This document shows positions 37,461-48,658 of a DNA stretch of 64,000 nt, piece after piece. Within the stretch, counting starts at the first letter, position 1. The number at the start of each line of letters is the position of its first letter. The position numbers were made by a program, and so were the translations under genes. Below the pieces are notes generated by a model, which was given only the letters and a program-made list of their open reading frames with translations, was not told the origin of the DNA and searched no databases. This DNA comes from Solirubrobacterales bacterium (GTDB taxonomy: Bacteria; Actinomycetota; Thermoleophilia; Solirubrobacterales; 70-9): the NCBI GenBank assembly GCA_019456285.1, contig VRUE01000003.1, forward strand, positions 1,867 through 65,866, given 5' to 3'.

Positions 37461-37690
37461 TCAAACCACGCGTCGACAAGCTCCTGGAGCACGCCGACTC
37501 GCACTACGCCGCGGTTGTCATCGCGGCCAAGCGGGCCCGGCAGATAAACAGGTACTTCCACAACCTCGGCGAGGGCAGCTTCGGCGAGTACTCGCCGCCG
37601 ATGGTCGAGTCCACCGGCGACAAGAACTACCTCTCGCTGGCGCTCGAGGAGCTTGCCGAGGGCAAGCTCAAATACGAGTACCGTTCCTGA
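37457..37690 (+). CDS. rpoZ: DNA-directed RNA polymerase subunit omega
   Basis: 77 aa. SHYAAVVIAAKRARQIN motif. GTGA overlap with gmk. Confidence 0.9.
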   Translation: MIKPRVDKLLEHADSHYAAVVIAAKRARQINRYFHNLGEGSFGEYSPPMVESTGDKNYLSLALEELAEGKLKYEYRS

Positions 37691-37712
37691 GCGCCGGCCC
37701 CGGGAGGAATCG

Positions 37713-38960
37713 ATGGCCAGAATTCTGCTCGGCGTCAGCGGCGGGATCGCCGCCTACAAGGCGCTGGAGCTTGCCCGCCTCGCCACCGTGGCCGGCCACG
37801 GTGTACGCGTCCTGATGACCGAGGGCGCGACCCGTTTCGTCGGCGCCGCCTCCTTCGAGGGGATCGTCGGCGCCCCGGTGCTGATCTCGGAGTTCGAGCG
37901 CGACCCGCTGCGCGGCGCCTTCCCGGACGGCCCGCGACCCGAGCACGACCCGATCGGCCACCTCGAGCTGGCCGCCAACTGCGACGCCTACCTCGTCGCC
38001 CCCGCCTCGGCCAACACGCTCGCCAAGCTGGCGGCCGGGATCGCCGACTCGATGCTCACCACCTCCTTCCTTGCCTGCACCGCCCCCCGCCTCGTCGCCC
38101 CGGCGATGAACGACCGGATGTACGCGAACGCGGCGACCCAGGCCAACTTGGCGACGCTGCGCGAGCGTCGCGTCACGGTGATCGAGCCCGACGAGGGCGC
38201 GCTCGCCTCGCGCGGCGAGCGCGGCCGGGGAAGGCTTCCCGAGCCCGCTCGCCTGCTGGCGCGGCTCGAAGCGGCGCTCCCCGCCGGCCACCGACCCTGG
38301 GACGGCCTGCGGGTGCTGGTCACCGCGGGGGGGACGCGGGAGCCGATCGACCCGGTCCGGTTCGTCGGCAACCGCTCCAGCGGCCGCATGGGCCTGGCTC
38401 TCGCCGCCGCTGCGGCGCGGCGCGGCGCCGACGTCACCCTGATCGCCGCGAACGTGGCTCTCCCCGAGCCGCCCGGAGTCCGCCGCGTAGACGTCGAGAC
38501 GACCGCTCAGCTCGCCGCGGCGGCCGGCGCCGAGTTTTCGTCCAGCCACGTCCTCCTGATGGCCGCCGCCCCCGCCGACTTCCGCACCACGGAGGTCGCC
38601 GAGGCAAAGCTGAGGCGCCAAGACAGCGTAGATCTTCGCCTCGAGCCGACCGAGGACATCCTCGCTGGCCTCACCGCCATCCGAACCGACGAGCAGACGA
38701 TCGTCGGCTTCGCCGCAGAACACGGAAACGAGAGGATCGAGAGGGCACGCGAGAAGCTGACGCGTAAGAAAGCCGACCTGATCGTCCTCAACGACGTTTC
38801 CGACCCAAGCATCGGCTTCGAGAGCGACCAAAACGCCGTAACCCTGATCGACCCCAAGGAGGAGACGGACGTACCGCTCTCCTCGAAGGACAGCATCGCG
38901 GACACCATCCTGGACAGGGTCGGACAGCTCCGAGCAGAGGCGGGCCTACCTGCCCGGTAG
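37713..38960 (+). CDS. coaBC: bifunctional phosphopantothenoylcysteine decarboxylase / phosphopantothenate-cysteine ligase
   Basis: ILLGVSGGIAAYKA.EL.R, PA.AN..AK.A.GIAD..L, TAGGT.EPIDPVRF..N.SSG.MG blocks. Start at ATG 37713. Confidence 0.95.
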   Translation: MARILLGVSGGIAAYKALELARLATVAGHGVRVLMTEGATRFVGAASFEGIVGAPVLISEFERDPLRGAFPDGPRPEHDPIGHLELAANCDAYLVAPASANTLAKLAAGIADSMLTTSFLACTAPRLVAPAMNDRMYANAATQANLATLRERRVTVIEPDEGALASRGERGRGRLPEPARLLARLEAALPAGHRPWDGLRVLVTAGGTREPIDPVRFVGNRSSGRMGLALAAAAARRGADVTLIAANVALPEPPGVRRVDVETTAQLAAAAGAEFSSSHVLLMAAAPADFRTTEVAEAKLRRQDSVDLRLEPTEDILAGLTAIRTDEQTIVGFAAEHGNERIERAREKLTRKKADLIVLNDVSDPSIGFESDQNAVTLIDPKEETDVPLSSKDSIADTILDRVGQLRAEAGLPAR

Positions 38961-38967
38961 TCCGGCA

Positions 38968-39053
38968 GGGAGGAGCGGCGGTCTCCTCCCCGGACTCGCA
39001 GCCCTCCGGGCTGCTCTGAGTATCCGTCCGTTGAGGAGACCGCCGCTCCTCCC
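38968..39053. repeat. perfect 21 bp inverted repeat with a 44 nt spacer
   Basis: GGGAGGAGCGGCGGTCTCCTC (38968-38988) and GAGGAGACCGCCGCTCCTCCC (39033-39053) are exact reverse complements. Each arm is itself a GGAGGAG-7 nt-CTCCTCC palindrome. Confidence 0.85.
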
Positions 39054-39090
39054 CTACGCGACAGGGCCCGCCGGCCGGGGCGCCGGAGCG

Positions 39091-39103
39091 GGCTATACTC
39101 GCC
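39091..39103 (+). promoter_or_regulatory. candidate -10 region (GGCTATACTCGCC) for the rimP-nusA-infB leader
   Basis: A 13 nt block identical to the mihF -10 context, with TATACT at 39094-39099. No convincing -35 is visible. Confidence 0.4.
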
Positions 39104-39132
39104 CTAAGCTTTTCCGTCCCTAGCAGTGTCGA

Positions 39133-39158
39133 GAAGTGGGCCTGGCCCACTTTTTTTT
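39133..39158 (+). terminator. intrinsic terminator / attenuator 15 nt upstream of the rimP start
   Basis: GTGGGC-ctg-GCCCAC (39136-39150), flanked by AA upstream and followed by T8 (39151-39158). The rimP ATG is at 39173, leaving no room for a promoter in between. Confidence 0.7.
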
Positions 39159-39172
39159 CGCCCCAAATCCAG

Positions 39173-39433
39173 ATGAAAGATCTCCAGAAAGACATTCAGC
39201 AGCAGCTGGGCGAGCTCGACTCCGAGCTCGATCTTGTCGCGCTGGAGCAGCCCGGGGGGGAGGCCCTGCGCCTCTTCATCGACCACCCCGGCGGCGTCGA
39301 CCTCGCCCTCTGCGAGCGGGTGACGAGGCATCTGAGCCACCTGCGGGCCGACTACTCGCTCGAGGTCTCCTCTCCGGGCCCCGGGCACCGCCGCCCCGGC
39401 CCCGCTTCCGACCCAGCCGGGGGGCAACCGTGA
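39173..39433 (+). CDS. rimP: ribosome maturation factor RimP, N-terminal domain only (86 aa)
   Basis: LDLVALE.......LRLFIDHPGGVDLALCERVTRHLSHLRADYSLEVSSPG matches the RimP N-domain up to the SSPG motif. The frame then stops at a GTGA overlap with nusA. No C-terminal beta-barrel region exists in any frame. Confidence 0.7.
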   Translation: MKDLQKDIQQQLGELDSELDLVALEQPGGEALRLFIDHPGGVDLALCERVTRHLSHLRADYSLEVSSPGPGHRRPGPASDPAGGQP

Positions 39434-40877
39434 GCAAGGAGATCGTCGAGGCGGTCAAGGCGCTTGAGGAAGAGAAGGGGATCGCCGCCGACAAGCTGAT
39501 GGACGCGCTCGAGGACGCCCTCCTCTCGGCCTACAAAAAAACGCCGGGGGCGGCCAAGTACGCCCGCGTCGACCTCGACCACGAGACCGGCGACTTCCGC
39601 GTCTTCGAGCTGATCCTGCCGCCGGAGTTGGAGGCGAAGCTGCTGGCCGAGGTGGCCGAGGCGCAGGAGGAGAGGGAGATCGACCCCGAGACGGGGGAGA
39701 TGCGCGAGCCCGAGGAGCCCGAGCTGGACCCGGAGCTGATCGCTCCCTACGAGGATCAGATCACCACCCGCGACGCCACCCCCGGCGACTTCGGCCGGAT
39801 CGCCGCCCAGACCGCGAAGCAGGTGATCCTGCAGCGGATCCGCGAGGCCGAACGGATGATGATGTTCGAGGAGTACCAGGACCGGGTCGGCGAGCTGATC
39901 ACCGGGACCATCCAGCAGTCCGACAAGCGCTACACGCTGGTCCAGCTGCGCGAGAGGGTCGAGGCGCTGCTGCCCAAGTCCGAGCAGGTCTACAACGAGC
40001 GCTACGACCACGGGATGCGGGTCAAGGCCGTGATCACCGACGTCTCCGACTCGACCAAGGGCCCCGCCATCGTGGTTTCGCGGCGCAGCTCGGAGCTGAT
40101 CAAGAAGCTGTTCGAAATGGAGGTCCCCGAGATCGCCGACAAGCTGGTCGAGATCGTCGGCGTCGCCCGTGAGCCCGGCTACCGTTCGAAGATCGCCGTG
40201 ATCTCCCACACCGACGGGGTTGACCCGGTCGGGGCCTGCGTCGGCCCGCGCGGGTCCAGGGTGCGGATGGTCGTCTCGGAGCTGCGCGGCGAGAAGATCG
40301 ACATCATCCCCCACAACGAGGAGCCGGCTCGGTTCGTCGCCAAGGCGCTCTCCCCGGCCAGGGTGCGCGAGGTGATCGTCGACGACGAGGAGCGGCAGGC
40401 GACGGTGATCGTCCCCGACGACCAGCTCTCGCTGGCGATCGGCCGCGACGGCCAAAACGCGCGGCTCGCGGCGCGGCTGACCGGTTGGCGGGTCGACATC
40501 AAGTCGGAGACCGAGTTCGCCCAGGAGGACGAGGAGATCGAGTACGCGGGGGAGGAGCAGTCCGACGGGCGCTGCATGGCGGTGCTCTCCAACGGCCGCC
40601 GCTGCCCGAACGCGGCGATCGCCGACTCGACCTACTGCGGGCTCCCCCGGCACCAGGCGTTGAGCCGCTTCGAGACCAGCCGGATGGCGGTGCTGGCGAC
40701 GGTATCGGAGGCCGAGGTGGCGATCCTCGCCGACGCCGACGCCGAGGGGGGAACGGCCGCTGGGATAATCGAGCGCGCCATGTCCCAGTTCGACGAGGCA
40801 GAGGCCGAGGAGGAGGTTGCCGAGAAGGGCGAGGCGGCGGAGGCCGGGCCCGTTGCCGAGAAGGGCGAGCAGCCCTA

Positions 40878-40878
<1 letters not shown>
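39430..40878 (+). CDS. nusA: transcription termination/antitermination factor NusA with ~120 aa C-terminal extension
   Basis: VSKEIVEAVKALEEEKGI..D.L..ALE.AL..AYKK N-terminus, an S1 domain (G.I....K.Y.LV.L), and KH1/KH2 (PVGACVG.RGSRV..V..EL.GEKIDI..., IGR.GQNARLAA.LTGW..DIKS). Confidence 0.95.
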
Positions 40879-43088
<2,210 letters not shown>

Positions 43089-43089
43089 G

Positions 43090-43431
43090 ATGGCCGCTCC
43101 TCGTATGCGTCGCATCAACGGGGTGCTTCGCGAGGTGATCGGCGCAGCGATCGCCACTGAGTTGAGCGACCCACGCATCGGCTTCGTCACCGTGACCTCG
43201 GTTGAGACCAGCCCAGACCTCCGCACCGCCAAGGTGCACGTCAGCGTGCTCGGCGGCGAAGAGGCGCGGCAGGCGACCCTGGTCGGCCTGCGCTCCTCAC
43301 ACGGGGTGATCCAGTCGAAGATCGCCGCCGAGACGCGGATGAAGCGGACCCCGACCCTCTCCTTCCACTACGACGCCACGGTGGAGCAGGGGATGCGGAT
43401 CTCCCGCCTGCTCGACGAAGAAGAGCGATGA
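43090..43431 (+). CDS. rbfA: ribosome-binding factor A
   Basis: R..R.N..L.E.I...I..EL.DPR.GFVTVT.VE.S.DL..AKV.V.V. Confidence 0.93.
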   Translation: MAAPRMRRINGVLREVIGAAIATELSDPRIGFVTVTSVETSPDLRTAKVHVSVLGGEEARQATLVGLRSSHGVIQSKIAAETRMKRTPTLSFHYDATVEQGMRISRLLDEEER

Positions 43432-44432
43432 GCGAGACGAGCGGCCTGACCGCCGCGGGGATCGAGCAGGTCGCGGCCGAGCTGCGCTCCCGGGGCCGCT
43501 TCCTGCTCACCTCCCACGAGGGTCCCGACGGCGACGCGCTCGGCTCGCTGCTCGGTATGCACCACCTGCTCACCCAGCTCGGCAAGGACTCGGTGATGTT
43601 CATCGCGGCGAAGGAGTTCCCGCTGCCGATCGAGTACCGCTTCCTGCCGCTGCAGGAGGTCTTCCACGAGCCGCCCGCCGACATGGCGGACCGCACGGTG
43701 GTCTTCCTCGACTGCGGCAACATCGACCGGATGCCGGTCGGCTTCCTCACCGAGGGCGGCAACTTCACGATCAACATCGACCACCACCACGACAACACGC
43801 TCTTCGGCGACGTCAACCTGGTCGACACCGGCGTCTCCTGCACGGCGGAGATCGTCTACGAGCTGGCGGTCCTGCTCGGGGCGGAGATCACCCCCGAGAT
43901 CGCCTCGTCGCTCTACGTCGGGCTGGTCACCGACACCGGCAAGTTCATGTACGAGAACACCGACGCCCGCACCCACCGGATCGCGGCGGAGCTGATCGAG
44001 GCGGGGGTCGAGGTCGACGAGACCTACCGCCGGCTCTACGAGCACGTGCCGATCGCGAAGCTGCGGCTGGTCTCGCGCGCCCTCGACGGGATCCAGCGGC
44101 ACTGCGACGGCCGGCTCGCGATCGCCTCCATCACCGCGGCCGACTACGAGGCGAGCGGCGCCGGCGAGGAGATGACCGAGGGGATCATCGACCACCTGCG
44201 CTCGGTCGAAGGGGCCCAGGTGGCGGCGCTTGTCCGCGACCTTGGGGACCGCGGCCGCGCCGCTCGCAAGGTCAGCCTGCGCTCCAGCGGCGTCGGCGTC
44301 GACGTCTCGGCGATCGCCCGCAAGAACGGGGGAGGGGGGCACAAGCGCGCCGCCGGCTTCTCGACTGACCTCGAGCTCGATGAGCTGGTCCCCTTCCTCT
44401 GCGGCGAGGTCACCGTGCAGCTCGGCGCCTGA
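43428..44432 (+). CDS. nrnA: DHH-family phosphoesterase (NrnA-type oligoribonuclease / pAp phosphatase)
   Basis: SHEGPDGDALGS, DCG, NIDHH, and the DHHA1 block GGGH..AAG. ATGA overlap with rbfA. Confidence 0.88.
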   Translation: MSETSGLTAAGIEQVAAELRSRGRFLLTSHEGPDGDALGSLLGMHHLLTQLGKDSVMFIAAKEFPLPIEYRFLPLQEVFHEPPADMADRTVVFLDCGNIDRMPVGFLTEGGNFTINIDHHHDNTLFGDVNLVDTGVSCTAEIVYELAVLLGAEITPEIASSLYVGLVTDTGKFMYENTDARTHRIAAELIEAGVEVDETYRRLYEHVPIAKLRLVSRALDGIQRHCDGRLAIASITAADYEASGAGEEMTEGIIDHLRSVEGAQVAALVRDLGDRGRAARKVSLRSSGVGVDVSAIARKNGGGGHKRAAGFSTDLELDELVPFLCGEVTVQLGA

Positions 44433-44433
44433 G

Positions 44434-45087
44434 ATGGGCGCCGGCACGGGCGAGGGCGCCCTGCTGCTCTGCGACAAGCCGGCCGGGATAACCTCGCACG
44501 AGATGGTGGCGCGGGTGCGACGGGAGCGCGGCTGCAAGGCGGGCCACGCCGGCACGCTCGACCCCTTCGCGACCGGCCTGCTGCTGGTCCTGCTGGGTCG
44601 CGCGACGCGCCTGCAGCGCTTCCTCGCCGGCTTGCCGAAGACGTACCTGGCGACGGCCCGGCTCGGCTGGCGCTCCAGCAGCGGCGATCCCGACGGGGAG
44701 CTGACCGAGACCGGGCGTGCCCCGGAGTCGCTGCAGCTTCCCACCGGCAAGGTCCGCCAGCGGGTGCCGATGACCTCCGCGGTGCGGGTCGGGGGCGAGC
44801 GGCTCTACCGCAAGGCGCACCGGGGCGAGGCGGTGAAGACGCCGGAACGCGAGGTCGAGGTGTACCGGGCGGAGCTGCTCGGCCGCGACTCCGAGAGCGC
44901 GAGGTACGAGATCGAGTGCTCGGTCGGGACCTACGTCCGCACCCTGGTCGAGACCCTCGGCGACGCCTACTGCTCGGAGCTGCGCCGCACCGCGATCGGC
45001 CCCTTCCGGGTGGAGGACGCGGGCGAGGAGCTGAGCGCCGAGCGGGTCGCCGAGCGGGTCCCGGCGGCCGGGAGGGCGCTGCGATGA
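44434..45087 (+). CDS. truB: tRNA pseudouridine(55) synthase TruB (short form, 217 aa)
   Basis: LLCDKPAGITSHE.V..VRR....KAGHAGTLDP.ATGLL.VLLG.ATRL, KTY.A...LG..., VGTYVR.L. Confidence 0.9.
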   Translation: MGAGTGEGALLLCDKPAGITSHEMVARVRRERGCKAGHAGTLDPFATGLLLVLLGRATRLQRFLAGLPKTYLATARLGWRSSSGDPDGELTETGRAPESLQLPTGKVRQRVPMTSAVRVGGERLYRKAHRGEAVKTPEREVEVYRAELLGRDSESARYEIECSVGTYVRTLVETLGDAYCSELRRTAIGPFRVEDAGEELSAERVAERVPAAGRALR

Positions 45088-45097
45088 GGGGAGGGGT

Positions 45098-45991
45098 GTG
45101 ATGGCGAACATCGAGGTCGCCCGGCTGCCGGACGCCGAGCCGCGGCCCCGCCACGTCGCGATCGGGACCTTCGACGGGGTGCATCGCGGCCACCAGACGG
45201 TGATCGACGACGCCGACACGGTCCTCACCTTCGACCCCCACCCGCTGGAGGTCCTGCACCCGGCGGCGCTGCCGAAGCTGATCATGCCGTTCGGGGTGAA
45301 GCGCGACGTGATCGAGGGGCTCGGGGTTCGCGAGCTGGTCGTCATCCCCTTCGACCGTGAGTTCGCCACGGTGAGCGCCGCGGGCTTCGTCGAGGAGATC
45401 CTGGTCGAGCGGCTCGGCGCCGAACGGGTCTCGGTCGGGGAGAACTTCCGCTTCGGCGCCAGGGCGCAGGGGGATCCGGAGATGCTCGCCGCCCGCTCCG
45501 AGTTCGAGACCCGCGTCGTGGCGCTGGTCGAGGTCGACGGCGAGACGGTGTCCTCGACCCGGATCCGGGCGCTGATCGCGGCGGGGGAGATGGAGGGCGC
45601 GCGGCACTGTCTCGGCGCCCCCTTCATGGTCGAGGGAACCGTGGTGGAGGGGGATCAGCGCGGCCGCGAGCTCGGCTTCCCGACCGCCAACATCGTCCCT
45701 GACGACCGGCTCGCGATCCCCGGCCACGGCGTCTACGCGGCCTTCGCAAACGGCGCTCCGGCCGCCGTCAACGTCGGCGTGCGGCCAACCTTCGAGACCG
45801 GCCGCGGGGTGCTGATAGAGGCCCACCTGATCGACGGCGAGGACGACCTCTACGGGGCCACCCTGCGGGTCGCGTTCGTCGAGCGCCTGCGCGGCGAGAG
45901 GCGCTTTGCGGGGGTCGAGGAGCTGATCGCCCAGATGCGGACCGACGTCGAGGACGCCAAGCGGGTCTGTGCTAGCTTCCAACGGCCGTGA
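45098..45991 (+). CDS. ribF: bifunctional riboflavin kinase / FMN adenylyltransferase
   Basis: [25 protein letters not shown]....G, and the kinase part G.V..G...GR.LGFPTAN. Confidence 0.93.
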   Translation: MMANIEVARLPDAEPRPRHVAIGTFDGVHRGHQTVIDDADTVLTFDPHPLEVLHPAALPKLIMPFGVKRDVIEGLGVRELVVIPFDREFATVSAAGFVEEILVERLGAERVSVGENFRFGARAQGDPEMLAARSEFETRVVALVEVDGETVSSTRIRALIAAGEMEGARHCLGAPFMVEGTVVEGDQRGRELGFPTANIVPDDRLAIPGHGVYAAFANGAPAAVNVGVRPTFETGRGVLIEAHLIDGEDDLYGATLRVAFVERLRGERRFAGVEELIAQMRTDVEDAKRVCASFQRP

Positions 45992-46020
45992 CCCTCGCCG
46001 GGTGCACGGCGCTTTTTGCG

Positions 46021-46290
46021 ATGAGCCTGACCAAGGAACAGAAGACCGAGCTGATCGGCAAGTACGGGCGCTCCAACGGCGACACCGGCTCCGCCGAGGT
46101 GCAGATCGCGCTGACCACCGAGCGGATCAACGAACTGACCGGCCACCTGCGCGAGCACGGCAAGGACCACCACTCCCGCCGCGGCCTCCTGATGCTGGTC
46201 GGCAAGCGCCGCCGCATGCTGCGCTACCTGGAGCGCAACGACATCGAGCGCTACCGCGCCCTGGTCGCCGAGCTCGGCCTCCGCAGGTAG
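46021..46290 (+). CDS. rpsO: 30S ribosomal protein S15
   Basis: [13 protein letters not shown]......[39 protein letters not shown]. Confidence 0.95.
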   Translation: MSLTKEQKTELIGKYGRSNGDTGSAEVQIALTTERINELTGHLREHGKDHHSRRGLLMLVGKRRRMLRYLERNDIERYRALVAELGLRR

Positions 46291-46423
46291 GCTCCATGGT
46301 CGCTCCGGTATCCCCGCTCGCCGGGCGCTTTCCGCGGCGGCCCTGTACTCTCCTCGATGAAAGAGAACGAGAGTTCTGAAAGCAATTGGCCGCCAACCGG
46401 GTGGCCGGAGATAGGACAACTAA

Positions 46424-48655
46424 ATGAGCATGTTTGACGTTAGCCGCGTTTCGGTGGATGTCGGCGATGGCCAGATTTCCTTCGAGACGGGCAAGCTCGC
46501 CAAGCAGGCGGGCGGCTCCGTGGTCGTGCAGTCCGGAGACACGATGGTGCTCTGCACCGCGACGATGGGCAACCTGCGCGACGTGGACTTCCTTCCCCTC
46601 ACCGTCGACGTCGAGGAGCGGATGTACGCCGCGGGCAAGATCCCCGGCTCGTTCTTCCGTCGCGAGGGGCGCGCCGGAGAGAAGGCGACGCTGACCGCGC
46701 GGATGATCGACCGCCCGATCCGCCCGCTGTTCCCGAAGGGCTGGCACCACGAGACCCAGATCGTCGCCACCCCGCTTTCCGTGGATCACGTCCATCCCTA
46801 CGACAGCCTCGCCATGAACGGCGCCTCCGCGGCCCTGGCGATCTCCCCGATCCCCGTCGCCGCCCACGTCGGCGCGGTGCGGGTCGGCAAGCTCGACGGC
46901 GAGTTCGTCGTCAACCCGTCCGAGGAGCGCTCCGAGGAGCTGGAGCTGGACCTGATCGTCGCCGGCACCGAGGAGGCGATCCTGATGGTCGAGGCGGGCG
47001 CCGACGGCGTCACCGAGGCGGAGATCCTCGACGCCCTCGACATCGCCCACGGTGAGATCAAGAAGCTCTGCGCGGCGATGCAGGAGCTGGCCGACAAGGC
47101 CGGCAAGGAGAAGCTCGAGGTCGAGGCGCCCGAGGTCGACGCGGGCCTGCTGGAGGAGATCCGCTCCGGTTTCGGCGCCAAGATCGACGAGGCCACCTCG
47201 ATCAAGGAGAAGCTGGCCCACCAGGACGCCGCCGGGGCGGTCAAGGAGGAGGTGCTGGAGGCGCTGGCGCCGGCCGGCGAGGACGGCGAGCCCGACCCCG
47301 AGCGGCAGGCCGAGGCGGCCGCCGCCTTCTCGAAGCTGGAGAGGGAGATCATCCGCAAGCGGATCGCGGTCGACAAGAAGCGCCCCGACGGCCGCGCCCA
47401 GGACGAGATCCGGCCGATCGAGTGCGAGGTGGACCTCGCCCCGCGCGTGCACGGCTCGGCGCTCTTCACCCGCGGTGAGACGCAGATCCTCTCCAACGTT
47501 GCGCTGGGCACGACGCGCATGGACATGCGCCTCGACACGCTCGGCCTGGCGACCACGAAGCGGTTCTGGCACCACTACAACTTCCCGCCCTTCTCGGTCG
47601 GGGAGGCGGGCTTCATGCGCGGCCCGAAGCGCCGCGACATCGGCCACGGCGCGCTCGCCGAGCGGGCGCTGGCGCCGACGATCCCCGGGGAAGAGGACTT
47701 CCCCTACGTGCTCCGGATCGTCTCGGAGACGCTGGAGTCCAACGGCTCCTCGTCGATGGGCTCGGTCTGCGCGTCCTCGATGGCGCTGCAGGCGGCCGGG
47801 GTGCCGGTCACGGCGCCGGTCGCCGGCATCGCGATGGGGCTGATCAAGGAGGGCGACGACTACATCGTCCTCACCGACATCGTCGGCGTCGAGGACCACC
47901 TCGGCGACATGGACTTCAAGGTCGCCGGCACGTCGGAGGGGATCACCGCCCTGCAGATGGACATCAAGATCACCGGCGTCACCCTCGAGATCCTCCGCGA
48001 TGCGTTGGCCCAGGCCAACGAGGGGCGCCGGCTGATCCTCGGCAAGATGGCCGAGGCGATCGACGGCCCGCGTGAGATGCTCTCCCAGTACGCGCCGCGG
48101 ATCGAATCGATCAAGATCGACCCCGAGAAGATCGGCGCGGTGATCGGCAAAGGCGGCGAAACGATTCGCGGGCTCTGCGAGGAGTTCGAAGCGGAGATCG
48201 ACGTCGAAGACGACGGCACGGTGCGGATCTACGCGCCGAGCGGCTCCCTGGTCGAAGCCTGCGTGTCCCGGGTCGAGTCGATGACCAAGGAGGCCGAGGT
48301 CGGCGATCGCTATAACGCGGCCAAGGTGGTGAAGACGACCACCTTCGGCGCCTTCGTCGAGCTGGTCAAGGGCACCGACGGCCTGCTCCACATATCCAAC
48401 GTGAAGCCTGGCGAACGGGTCGACTCGGTCGACGACGTGCTGAGCGCGGGCGAGGAGATCGACGTCACCGTGGCCGAGGTCGACCGCGAGCGCGGCCGGA
48501 TCGGGTTGCGCCTCTCCGACGACCCCTCGATCGCGGGCAAGAGCGCCGAGGAGCTGGCCGCGGTCGGCACCGGCACCGGTGACGGCGGCGGCCGTCGCGG
48601 CGGGCGGGACGGCCGCCAGCGCCGCGAGGGCGGCGACCGCGAGCGGCGCCGTTAA
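46424..48655 (+). CDS. pnp: polyribonucleotide nucleotidyltransferase (PNPase)
   Basis: Two RNase PH domains (ETGKLAKQA.GSV.V..GDT.VL.TA; R.DGR...E.R.I...V...PR.HGSALFTRGETQ), plus KH and S1 domains and a basic tail. Confidence 0.97.
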   Translation: MSMFDVSRVSVDVGDGQISFETGKLAKQAGGSVVVQSGDTMVLCTATMGNLRDVDFLPLTVDVEERMYAAGKIPGSFFRREGRAGEKATLTARMIDRPIRPLFPKGWHHETQIVATPLSVDHVHPYDSLAMNGASAALAISPIPVAAHVGAVRVGKLDGEFVVNPSEERSEELELDLIVAGTEEAILMVEAGADGVTEAEILDALDIAHGEIKKLCAAMQELADKAGKEKLEVEAPEVDAGLLEEIRSGFGAKIDEATSIKEKLAHQDAAGAVKEEVLEALAPAGEDGEPDPERQAEAAAAFSKLEREIIRKRIAVDKKRPDGRAQDEIRPIECEVDLAPRVHGSALFTRGETQILSNVALGTTRMDMRLDTLGLATTKRFWHHYNFPPFSVGEAGFMRGPKRRDIGHGALAERALAPTIPGEEDFPYVLRIVSETLESNGSSSMGSVCASSMALQAAGVPVTAPVAGIAMGLIKEGDDYIVLTDIVGVEDHLGDMDFKVAGTSEGITALQMDIKITGVTLEILRDALAQANEGRRLILGKMAEAIDGPREMLSQYAPRIESIKIDPEKIGAVIGKGGETIRGLCEEFEAEIDVEDDGTVRIYAPSGSLVEACVSRVESMTKEAEVGDRYNAAKVVKTTTFGAFVELVKGTDGLLHISNVKPGERVDSVDDVLSAGEEIDVTVAEVDRERGRIGLRLSDDPSIAGKSAEELAAVGTGTGDGGGRRGGRDGRQRREGGDRERRR

Positions 48656-48658
48656 GAG

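Noticed and set aside
39061-39076. A -35 element for the candidate rimP leader promoter.
   Set aside because: No TTGACA-like hexamer lies at 16-18 nt from TATACT (39094). The promoter call therefore rests only on the 13 nt identity with the mihF -10 region, and I kept it at low confidence.
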